Below are positions 1-11,400 of a DNA stretch of 64,000 bases, one piece after another (within the stretch, counting starts at the first letter, position 1; each line of letters starts with the position of its first letter). This DNA is from the human T2T-CHM13v2.0 reference genome, Homo sapiens: NCBI RefSeq assembly GCF_009914755.1, contig NC_060937.1; one strand, given 5' to 3'. The position numbers and the translations under genes were made by a program. The notes below the pieces were generated by a model that did not search any database, had not been told where the DNA came from, and was given only the letters and a program-made list of their open reading frames with translations.

Positions 1-67
1 CTATGAGTTGAATGCAGACATCAGAAAGAAATTTCTGAGAATGCTGCTGTCTACCTTTTATTTGAAT

Positions 68-84
68 TCCCGCTTCCAACGAAA
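68..84 (-). promoter_or_regulatory. CENP-B box (TTTCGTTGGAAGCGGGA), box 1 of each 7-mer
   Basis: + strand tcccgcttccaacgaaa is the reverse complement of the consensus YTTCGTTGGAARCGGGA; recurs in every unit. Confidence 0.95.
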
Positions 85-240
85 TCCTCCAAGCTATCCA
101 AATATCCACTTGCAGATTCCACAAAAAGAGTGTTTCAAAACTGCTCTCTATCAATGGCAAAGTTCAACTCTGTTAGTTGAGGACACATATCACCAACAAG
201 TTTCTGAGAATGCTTCTGTCTATTTTTTATGGGAAGATAT

Positions 241-257
241 TTCCTTTTTCACCGTAG
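241..257 (+). promoter_or_regulatory. pJalpha-type box (A-type monomer)
   Basis: ttcctttttcaccgtag matches the pJalpha motif TTCCTTTTYCACCRTAG at the position equivalent to the CENP-B box. Variant copies lie near 569 and 1091. Confidence 0.75.
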
Positions 258-407
258 GCGTCAAGGCGATCGAAATGTCCACTTCCACAAACTACAAAAA
301 GAGTGTTTCAAACCTGCTCTATGAAAGGCCATGTTCATCTCTATGAGTCGAATGGAAATATCCGAAAGAAATTTCTGGGAATGCTGCTGTCTAGTTTTTA
401 TACGAAT

Positions 408-424
408 TCCCGCTTCCAACGAAA
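408..424 (-). promoter_or_regulatory. CENP-B box (TTTCGTTGGAAGCGGGA), box 2 of each 7-mer
   Basis: Exact consensus match, 340 bp after box 1. Confidence 0.95.
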
Positions 425-748
425 TCCTCAAAGCAATCCAAATATCCACTTGCAGAATCCACAAAAAGAGTGTTTCAAAACTGCTCTATCAATAGAAAGG
501 TTCAACTCTTTTAGTTGAGTACACACATCACAAACAAGTTTCTGAGAATGCTTCTGTCTGGCTTTTATTGGAAGACGTTTCCTTTTCACCAAAGGCATCA
601 AAGCGCTCCAAATGTCCACTTCCAGATTCTTCCAAAAGAGTGTTTGAAACGTGCTCAAAGTAAGGGAATGTTCAACTCTGTGACTTGAATGCAGATATCA
701 CCAAGTAGTTTCTAATAGTGCTTCTGTCTAGATTTTAGATGATGATAT

Positions 749-765
749 TCCCGTTTCCAACGAAA
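749..765 (-). promoter_or_regulatory. CENP-B box (TTTCGTTGGAAACGGGA), box 3 of each 7-mer
   Basis: + strand tcccgtttccaacgaaa; exact consensus match, 341 bp after box 2. Confidence 0.95.
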
Positions 766-919
766 TCGTTAGAGCTATCCAAATATCCACTTACAGTTGC
801 TACAAAAACAGTGTTTCCAAACTGCTGCATCAAAAGAAAGGTTCAACTCTGTTAGTTGAGGACACACGTCACAAAGAAGTTTGTGAGAATGCTTCTGTCT
901 AGATTTTGTATGACGATAT

Positions 920-936
920 TCCCTTTTCCAACGATA
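920..936 (-). other. Degenerate (predicted non-binding) CENP-B box
   Basis: Minus strand TATCGTTGGAAAAGGGA: both the TTCG and CGGG core elements are altered. It lies one monomer (171 bp) after box 3. Confidence 0.8.
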
Positions 937-1152
937 TCGTTAAAGCAATCTAAATATCCATTTGCAGAATCCACAAAAATAGAGTTTCAAAGCTGCTCTG
1001 TAAAAAGAAAGGTTCCACTCTGTTAGCTGAGTACACACATCACAAACTTGTTTCTCAGAATCCTTCTGTCTCGTTTTTCTGGGAAGATATTTACTTTTTC
1101 ACCGTAGGCATCAAAGCGCTCCAAATGTCCACATCCAGATACTCCAGAAAGA

Positions 1153-2342
1153 GTGTTTCAAACCTGCTCTATGAAAGGGAATCTTCAACTCTATGAGTTG
1201 AATGCAGACATCAGAAAGAAATTTCTGAGAATGCTGCTGTCTACCTTTTATTTGAATTCCCGCTTCCAACGAAATCCTCCAAGCTATCCAAATATCCACT
1301 TGCAGATTCCACAAAAAGAGTGTTTCAAAACTGCTCTCTATCAATGGCAAAGTTCAACTCTGTTAGTTGAGGACACATATCACCAACAAGTTTCTGAGAA
1401 TGCTTCTGTCTATTTTTTATGGGAAGATATTTCCTTTTTCACCGTAGGCGTCAAGGCGATCGAAATGTCCACTTCCACAAACTACAAAAAGAGTGTTTCA
1501 AACCTGCTCTATGAAAGGCCATGTTCATCTCTATGAGTCGAATGGAAATATCCGAAAGAAATTTCTGGGAATGCTGCTGTCTAGTTTTTATACGAATTCC
1601 CGCTTCCAACGAAATCCTCAAAGCAATCCAAATATCCACTTGCAGAATCCACAAAAAGAGTGTTTCAAAACTGCTCTATCAATAGAAAGGTTCAACTCTT
1701 TTAGTTGAGTACACACATCACAAACAAGTTTCTGAGAATGCTTCTGTCTGGCTTTTATTGGAAGACGTTTCCTTTTCACCAAAGGCATCAAAGCACTCCA
1801 AATGTCCACTTCCAGATTCTTCCAAAAGAGTGTTTGAAACGTGCTCAAAGTAAGGGAATGTTCAACTCTGTGACTTGAATGCAGATATCACCAAGTAGTT
1901 TCTAATAGTGCTTCTGTCTAGATTTTAGATGATGATATTCCCGTTTCCAACGAAATCGTTAGAGCTATCCAAATATCCACTTACAGTTGCTACAAAAAGA
2001 GTGTTTCCAAACTGCTGCATCAAAAGAAAGGTTCAACTCTGTTAGTTGAGGACACACGTCACAAAGAAGTTTGTGAGAATGCTTCTGTCTAGATTTTGTA
2101 TGACGATATTCCCTTTTCCAACGATATCGTTAAAGCAATCTAAATATCCATTTGCAGAATCCACAAAAATAGAGTTTCAAAGCTGCTCTGTAAAAAGAAA
2201 GGTTCCACTCTGTTAGCTGAGTACACACATCACAAACTTGTTTCTCAGAATCCTTCTGTCTCGTTTTTCTGGGAAGATATTTACTTTTTCACCGTAGGCA
2301 TCAAAGCGCTCCAAATGTCCACATCCAGATACTCCAGAAAGA
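1153..2342 (-). repeat. Representative 7-monomer HOR unit (1190 bp)
   Basis: Sequence at position n recurs at n+1190 (e.g. 1153, 2343; 8461, 9651, 10841). The unit carries 3 intact CENP-B boxes and 1 degenerate one. Phase is chosen arbitrarily at gtgtttcaaacctgctctatgaaaggg. Confidence 0.95.
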
Positions 2343-3532
2343 GTGTTTCAAACCTGCTCTATGAAAGGGAATCTTCAACTCTATGAGTTGAATGCAGACA
2401 TCAGAAAGAAATTTCTGAGAATGCTGCTGTCTACCTTTTATTTGAATTCCCGCTTCCAACGAAATCCTCCAAGCTATCCAAATATCCACTTGCAGATTCC
2501 ACAAAAAGAGTGTTTCAAAACTGCTCTCTATCAATGGCAAAGTTCAACTCTGTTAGTTGAGGACACATATCACCAACAAGTTTCTGAGAATGCTTCTGTC
2601 TATTTTTTATGGGAAGATATTTCCTTTTTCACCGTAGGCGTCAAGGCGATCGAAATGTCCACTTCCACAAACTACAAAAAGAGTGTTTCAAACCTGCTCT
2701 ATGAAAGGCCATGTTCATCTCTATGAGTCGAATGGAAATATCCGAAAGAAATTTCTGGGAATGCTGCTGTCTAGTTTTTATACGAATTCCCGCTTCCAAC
2801 GAAATCCTCAAAGCAATCCAAATATCCACTTGCAGAATCCACAAAAAGAGTGTTTCAAAACTGCTCTATCAATAGAAAGGTTCAACTCTTTTAGTTGAGT
2901 ACACACATCACAAACAAGTTTCTGAGAATGCTTCTGTCTGGCTTTTATTGGAAGACGTTTCCTTTTCACCAAAGGCATCAAAGCGCTCCAAATGTCCACT
3001 TCCAGATTCTTCCAAAAGAGTGTTTGAAACGTGCCCAAAGTAAGGGAATGTTCAACTCTGTGACTTGAATGCAGATATCACCAAGTAGTTTCTAATAGTG
3101 CTTCTGTCTAGATTTTAGATGATGATATTCCCGTTTCCAACGAAATCGTTAGAGCTATCCAAATATCCACTTACAGTTTCTACAAAAAGAGTGTTTCCAA
3201 ACTGCTGCATCAAAAGAAAGGTTCAACTCTGTTAGTTGAGGACACACATCACAAAGAAGTTTGTGAGAATGCTTCTGTCTAGATTTTGTATGACCATATT
3301 CCCTTTCCCAGCGATATCATTAAAGCAATCTAAATATCCATTTGCAGAATCCACAAAAATAGAGTTTCAAAGCTGCTCTGTAAAAAGAAAGGTTCCACTC
3401 TGTTAGCTGAGTACACACATCACAAACTTGTTTCTGAGAATCCTTCTGTCTCGTTTTTATGGGAAGATATTTACTTTTTCACCGTAGGCATCAAAGCGCT
3501 CCAAATGTCCACATCCAGATACTCCAGAAAGA

Positions 3533-4210
3533 GTGTTTCAAACCTGCTCTATGAAAGGGAATCTTCAACTCTATGAGTTGAATGCAGACATCAGAAAGAA
3601 ATTTCTGAGAATGCTGCTGTCTACCTTTTATTTGAACTCCCGCTTCCAACGAAATCCTCCAAGCTATCCAAATATCCACTTGCATTTTCCACAAAAAGAG
3701 TGCTTCAAAACTGCTCTATCAATAAATGTTCAACTCCTTTAGCTGGGTGCACACATCACAAACAAGTTTCTGAGAATGCTTCTGTCTAGTTTTTATGGGA
3801 AGACATTCCCTTTTTCACCAAAGGCATCAAAGCGCTCCAAATGTCCACTTCCAGACACTACAAAAAGAGTGTTTCCAACGTGCTCTAAGAAAGCGAATGT
3901 TCAACTCTGTGACTTGAATGCAGATATCACAAAGTAGTTTCTGAGAGGGCTTCTGTCTAGATTTTAGATGATTATATTCCCGTTTCCAACGAAATCATTA
4001 GAGCTATCCAAATATCCACTTACAGTTTCTACAAAAAGAGTGTTTCCAAACTGCTGCATCAAAAGAGAGGTTCCACTCTGTTAGCTGAGTACACACATCA
4101 CAAACTTGTTTCTGAGAATCCTTCTGTGTCGTTTTTATGGGAAGATATTTACTTTTTCACCGTAGGCATCAAAGCGCTCCAAATGTCCACATCCAGATAC
4201 TCCAGAAAGA
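3533..4210 (-). repeat. 4-monomer block, 678-bp haplotype (completes a 1868-bp 11-mer)
   Basis: Period jumps by 678. Carries the 2-bp deletion (aataaatgtt), gaactcc at 3637, and CENP-B boxes at 3638-3654 and 3978-3994. Confidence 0.9.
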
Positions 4211-7200
4211 GTGTTTCAAACCTGCTCTATGAAAGGGAATCTTCAACTCTATGAGTTGAATGCAGACATCAGAAAGAAATTTCTGAGAATGCTGCTGTCT
4301 ACCTTTTATTTGAATTCCCGCTTCCAACGAAATCCTCCAAGCTATCCAAATATCCACTTGCAGATTCCACAAAAAGAGTGTTTCAAAACTGCTCTCTATC
4401 AATGGCAAAGTTCAACTCTGTTAGTTGAGGACACATATCACCAACAAGTTTCTGAGAATGCTTCTGTCTATTTTTTATGGGAAGATATTTCCTTTTTCAC
4501 CGTAGGCGTCAAGGCGATCGAAATGTCCACTTCCACAAACTACAAAAAGAGTGTTTCAAACCTGCTCTATGAAAGGCCATGTTCATCTCTATGAGTCGAA
4601 TGGAAATATCCGAAAGAAATTTCTGGGAATGCTGCTGTCTAGTTTTTATACGAATTCCCGCTTCCAACGAAATCCTCAAAGCAATCCAAATATCCACTTG
4701 CAGAATCCACAAAAAGAGTGTTTCAAAACTGCTCTATCAATAGAAAGGTTCAACTCTTTTAGTTGAGTACACACATCACAAACAAGTTTCTGAGAATGCT
4801 TCTGTCTGGCTTTTATTGGAAGACGTTTCCTTTTCACCAAAGGCATCAAAGCACTCCAAATGTCCACTTCCAGATTCTTCCAAAAGAGTGTTTGAAACGT
4901 GCTCAAAGTAAGGGAATGTTCAACTCTGTGACTTGAATGCAGATATCACCAAGTAGTTTCTAATAGTGCTTCTGTCTAGATTTTAGATGATGATATTCCC
5001 GTTTCCAACGAAATCGTTAGAGCTATCCAAATATCCACTTACAGTTGCTACAAAAAGAGTGTTTCCAAACTGCTGCATCAAAAGAAAGGTTCAACTCTGT
5101 TAGTTGAGGACACACGTCACAAAGAAGTTTGTGAGAATGCTTCTGTCTAGATTTTGTATGACGATATTCCCTTTTCCAACGATATCGTTAAAGCAATCTA
5201 AATATCCATTTGCAGAATCCACAAAAATAGAGTTTCAAAGCTGCTCTGTAAAAAGAAAGGTTCCACTCTGTTAGCTGAGTACACACATCACAAACTTGTT
5301 TCTCAGAATCCTTCTGTCTCGTTTTTCTGGGAAGATATTTACTTTTTCACCGTAGGCATCAAAGCGCTCCAAATGTCCACATCCAGATACTCCAGAAAGA
5401 GTGTTTCAAACCTGCTCTATGAAAGGGAATCTTCAACTCTATGAGTTGAATGCAGACATCAGAAAGAAATTTCTGAGAATGCTGCTGTCTACCTTTTATT
5501 TGAATTCCCGCTTCCAACGAAATCCTCCAAGCTATCCAAATATCCACTTGCAGATTCCACAAAAAGAGTGTTTCAAAACTGCTCTCTATCAATGGCAAAG
5601 TTCAACTCTGTTAGTTGAGGACACATATCACCAACAAGTTTCTGAGAATGCTTCTGTCTATTTTTTATGGGAAGATATTTCCTTTTTCACCGTAGGCGTC
5701 AAGGCGATCGAAATGTCCACTTCCACAAACTACAAAAAGAGTGTTTCAAACCTGCTCTATGAAAGGCCATGTTCATCTCTATGAGTCGAATGGAAATATC
5801 CGAAAGAAATTTCTGGGAATGCTGCTGTCTAGTTTTTATACGAATTCCCGCTTCCAACGAAATCCTCAAAGCAATCCAAATATCCACTTGCAGAATCCAC
5901 AAAAAGAGTGTTTCAAAACTGCTCTATCAATAGAAAGGTTCAACTCTTTTAGTTGAGTACACACATCACAAACAAGTTTCTGAGAATGCTTCTGTCTGGC
6001 TTTTATTGGAAGACGTTTCCTTTTCACCAAAGGCATCAAAGCGCTCCAAATGTCCACTTCCAGATTCTTCCAAAAGAGTGTTTGAAACGTGCTCAAAGTA
6101 AGGGAATGTTCAACTCTGTGACTTGAATGCAGATATCACCAAGTAGTTTCTAATAGTGCTTCTGTCTAGATTTTAGATGATGATATTCCCGTTTCCAACG
6201 AAATCGTTAGAGCTATCCAAATATCCACTTACAGTTGCTACAAAAACAGTGTTTCCAAACTGCTGCATCAAAAGAAAGGTTCAACTCTGTTAGTTGAGGA
6301 CACACGTCACAAAGAAGTTTGTGAGAATGCTTCTGTCTAGATTTTGTATGACGATATTCCCTTTTCCAACGATATCGTTAAAGCAATCTAAATATCCATT
6401 TGCAGAATCCACAAAAATAGAGTTTCAAAGCTGCTCTGTAAAAAGAAAGGTTCCACTCTGTTAGCTGAGTACACACATCACAAACTTGTTTCTCAGAATC
6501 CTTCTGTCTCGTTTTTCTGGGAAGATATTTACTTTTTCACCGTAGGCATCAAAGCGCTCCAAATGTCCACATCCAGATACTCCAGAAAGAGTGTTTCAAA
6601 CCTGCTCTATGAAAGGGAATCTTCAACTCTATGAGTTGAATGCAGACATCAGAAAGAAATTTCTGAGAATGCTGCTGTCTACCTTTTATTTGAATTCCCG
6701 CTTCCAACGAAATCCTCCAAGCTATCCAAATATCCACTTGCAGATTCCACAAAAAGAGTGTTTCAAAACTGCTCTCTATCAATGGCAAAGTTCAACTCTG
6801 TTAGTTGAGGACACATATCACCAACAAGTTTCTGAGAATGCTTCTGTCTATTTTTTATGGGAAGATATTTCCTTTTTCACCGTAGGCGTCAAGGCGATCG
6901 AAATGTCCACTTCCACAAACTACAAAAAGAGTGTTTCAAACCTGCTCTATGAAAGGCCATGTTCATCTCTATGAGTCGAATGGAAATATCCGAAAGAAAT
7001 TTCTGGGAATGCTGCTGTCTAGTTTTTATACGAATTCCCGCTTCCAACGAAATCCTCAAAGCAATCCAAATATCCACTTGCAGAATCCACAAAAAGAGTG
7101 TTTCAAAACTGCTCTATCAATAGAAAGGTTCAACTCTTTTAGTTGAGTACACACATCACAAACAAGTTTCTGAGAATGCTTCGGTCTGGCTTTTATTGGA

Positions 7201-7780
7201 AGACGTTTCCTTTTCACCAAAGGCATCAAAGCGCTCCAAATGTCCACTTCCAGATTCTTCCAAAAGAGTGTTTGAAACGTGCTCAAAGTAAGGGAATGTT
7301 CAACTCTGTGACTTGAATGCAGATATCACCAAGTAGTTTCTAATAGTGCTTCTGTCTAGATTTTAGATGATGATATTCCCGTTTCCAACGAAATCGTTAG
7401 AGCTATCCAAATATCCACTTACAGTTTCTACAAAAAGAGTGTTTCCAAACTGCTGCATCAAAAGAAAGGTTCAACTCTGTTAGTTGAGGACACACGTCAC
7501 AAAGAAGTTTGTGAGAATGCTTCTGTCTAGATTTTGTATGACCATATTCCCTTTTCCAGCGATATCATTAAAGCAATCTAAATATCCATTTGCAGAATCC
7601 ACAAAAATAGAGTTTCAAAGCTGCTCTGTAAAAAGAAAGGTTCCACTCTGTTAGCTGAGTACACACATCACAAACTTGTTTCTCAGAATCCTTCTGTCTC
7701 GTTTTTCTGGGAAGATATTTACTTTTTCACCGTAGGCATCAAAGCGCTCCAAATGTCCACATCCAGATACTCCAGAAAGA

Positions 7781-8460
7781 GTGTTTCAAACCTGCTCTAT
7801 GAAAGGGAATCTTCAACTCTATGAGTTGAATGCAGACATCAGAAAGAAATTTCTGAGAATGCTGCTGTCTACCTTTTATTTGAATTCCCGCTTCCAACGA
7901 AATCCTCCAAGCTATCCAAATATCCACCTGCATTTTCCACAAAAAGAGCGTTTCAAAACTGCTCTATCAATAGAAATGTTCAACTCCTTTGGCTGGGTAC
8001 ACACATCACAAACAAGTTTCTGAGAATGCTTCTGTCTAGTTTTTATGGGAAGACATTCCCTTTTTCACCAAAGGCATCAAAGCGCTCCAAATGTCCACTT
8101 CCAGACACTACAAAAAGAGTGTTTCCAACGTGCTCTAAGAAAGCGAATGTTCAACTCTGTGACTTGAATGCAGATATCACAAAGTAGTTTCTGAGAGGGC
8201 TTCTGTCTAGATTTTAGATGATGATATTCCCGTTTCCAACGAAATCATTAGAGCTATCCAAATATCCACTTACAGTTTCTACAAAAAGAGTGTTTCCAAA
8301 CTGCTGCATCAAAAGAGAGGTTCCACTCTGTTAGCTGAGTACACACATCACAAACTTGTTTCTCAGAATCCTTCTGTCTCGTTTTTCTGGGAAGATATTT
8401 ACTTTTTCACCGTAGGCATCAAAGCGCTCCAAATGTCCACATCCAGATACTCCAGAAAGA
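7781..8460 (-). repeat. 4-monomer block, 680-bp haplotype (1870-bp 11-mer)
   Basis: Period jumps by 680; diagnostic cacctgcattttcc, gagcgtttc, ctttggctgggtacac. Confidence 0.9.
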
Positions 8461-11400
8461 GTGTTTCAAACCTGCTCTATGAAAGGGAATCTTCAACTCT
8501 ATGAGTTGAATGCAGACATCAGAAAGAAATTTCTGAGAATGCTGCTGTCTACCTTTTATTTGAATTCCCGCTTCCAACGAAATCCTCCAAGCTATCCAAA
8601 TATCCACTTGCAGATTCCACAAAAAGAGTGTTTCAAAACTGCTCTCTATCAATGGCAAAGTTCAACTCTGTTAGTTGAGGACACATATCACCAACAAGTT
8701 TCTGAGAATGCTTCTGTCTATTTTTTATGGGAAGATATTTCCTTTTTCACCGTAGGCGTCAAGGCGATCGAAATGTCCACTTCCACAAACTACAAAAAGA
8801 GTGTTTCAAACCTGCTCTATGAAAGGCCATGTTCATCTCTATGAGTCGAATGGAAATATCCGAAAGAAATTTCTGGGAATGCTGCTGTCTAGTTTTTATA
8901 CGAATTCCCGCTTCCAACGAAATCCTCAAAGCAATCCAAATATCCACTTGCAGAATCCACAAAAAGAGTGTTTCAAAACTGCTCTATCAATAGAAAGGTT
9001 CAACTCTTTTAGTTGAGTACACACATCACAAACAAGTTTCTGAGAATGCTTCTGTCTGGCTTTTATTGGAAGACGTTTCCTTTTCACCAAAGGCATCAAA
9101 GCGCTCCAAATGTCCACTTCCAGATTCTTCCAAAAGAGTGTTTGAAACGTGCTCAAAGTAAGGGAATGTTCAACTCTGTGACTTGAATGCAGATATCACC
9201 AAGTAGTTTCTAATAGTGCTTCTGTCTAGATTTTAGATGATGATATTCCCGTTTCCAACGAAATCGTTAGAGCTATCCAAATATCCACTTACAGTTGCTA
9301 CAAAAACAGTGTTTCCAAACTGCTGCATCAAAAGAAAGGTTCAACTCTGTTAGTTGAGGACACACGTCACAAAGAAGTTTGTGAGAATGCTTCTGTCTAG
9401 ATTTTGTATGACGATATTCCCTTTTCCAACGATATCATTAAAGCAATCTAAATATCCATTTGCAGAATCCACAAAAATAGAGTTTCAAAGCTGCTCTGTA
9501 AAAAGAAAGGTTCCACTCTGTTAGCTGAGTACACACATCACAAACTTGTTTCTCAGAATCCTTCTGTCTCGTTTTTATGGGAAGATATTTACTTTTTCAC
9601 CGTAGGCATCAAAGCGCTCCAAATGTCCACATCCAGATACTCCAGAAAGAGTGTTTCAAACCTGCTCTATGAAAGGGAATCTTCAACTCTATGAGTTGAA
9701 TGCAGACATCAGAAAGAAATTTCTGAGAATGCTGCTGTCTACCTTTTATTTGAATTCCCGCTTCCAACGAAATCCTCCAAGCTATCCAAATATCCACTTG
9801 CAGATTCCACAAAAAGAGTGTTTCAAAACTGCTCTCTATCAATGGCAAAGTTCAACTCTGTTAGTTGAGGACACATATCACCAACAAGTTTCTGAGAATG
9901 CTTCTGTCTATTTTTTATGGGAAGATATTTCCTTTTTCACCGTAGGCGTCAAGGCGATCGAAATGTCCACTTCCACAAACTACAAAAAGAGTGTTTCAAA
10001 CCTGCTCTATGAAAGGCCATGTTCATCTCTATGAGTCGAATGGAAATATCCGAAAGAAATTTCTGGGAATGCTGCTGTCTAGTTTTTATACGAATTCCCG
10101 CTTCCAACGAAATCCTCAAAGCAATCCAAATATCCACTTGCAGAATCCACAAAAAGAGTGTTTCAAAACTGCTCTATCAATAGAAAGGTTCAACTCTTTT
10201 AGTTGAGTACACACATCACAAACAAGTTTCTGAGAATGCTTCTGTCTGGCTTTTATTGGAAGACGTTTCCTTTTCACCAAAGGCATCAAAGCGCTCCAAA
10301 TGTCCACTTCCAGATTCTTCCAAAAGAGTGTTTGAAACGTGCTCAAAGTAAGGGAATGTTCAACTCTGTGACTTGAATGCAGATATCACCAAGTAGTTTC
10401 TAATAGTGCTTCTGTCTAGATTTTAGATGATGATATTCCCGTTTCCAACGAAATCGTTAGAGCTATCCAAATATCCACTTACAGTTGCTACAAAAACAGT
10501 GTTTCCAAACTGCTGCATCAAAAGAAAGGTTCAACTCTGTTAGTTGAGGACACACGTCACAAAGAAGTTTGTGAGAATGCTTCTGTCTAGATTTTGTATG
10601 ACGATATTCCCTTTTCCAACGATATCGTTAAAGCAATCTAAATATCCATTTGCAGAATCCACAAAAATAGAGTTTCAAAGCTGCTCTGTAAAAAGAAAGG
10701 TTCCACTCTGTTAGCTGAGTACACACATCACAAACTTGTTTCTCAGAATCCTTCTGTCTCGTTTTTCTGGGAAGATATTTACTTTTTCACCGTAGGCATC
10801 AAAGCGCTCCAAATGTCCACATCCAGATACTCCAGAAAGAGTGTTTCAAACCTGCTCTATGAAAGGGAATCTTCAACTCTATGAGTTGAATGCAGACATC
10901 AGAAAGAAATTTCTGAGAATGCTGCTGTCTACCTTTTATTTGAATTCCCGCTTCCAACGAAATCCTCCAAGCTATCCAAATATCCACTTGCAGATTCCAC
11001 AAAAAGAGTGTTTCAAAACTGCTCTCTATCAATGGCAAAGTTCAACTCTGTTAGTTGAGGACACATATCACCAACAAGTTTCTGAGAATGCTTCTGTCTA
11101 TTTTTTATGGGAAGATATTTCCTTTTTCACCGTAGGCGTCAAGGCGATCGAAATGTCCACTTCCACAAACTACAAAAAGAGTGTTTCAAACCTGCTCTAT
11201 GAAAGGCCATGTTCATCTCTATGAGTCGAATGGAAATATCCGAAAGAAATTTCTGGGAATGCTGCTGTCTAGTTTTTATACGAATTCCCGCTTCCAACGA
11301 AATCCTCAAAGCAATCCAAATATCCACTTGCAGAATCCACAAAAAGAGTGTTTCAAAACTGCTCTATCAATAGAAAGGTTCAACTCTTTTAGTTGAGTAC

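Noticed and set aside
68-424. Regularly spaced repeat gaattcccgcttccaacgaaatcctc resembling a CRISPR repeat
   Set aside because: It is the CENP-B box context. The intervening sequence is 320-490 bp of repeated satellite rather than unique spacers, and there are no cas genes.
3533-4210. 4-mer block as an inserted mobile element with a long target-site duplication
   Set aside because: It consists entirely of alphoid monomers in register with the array, with no terminal inverted repeats, poly-A tail or transposase.
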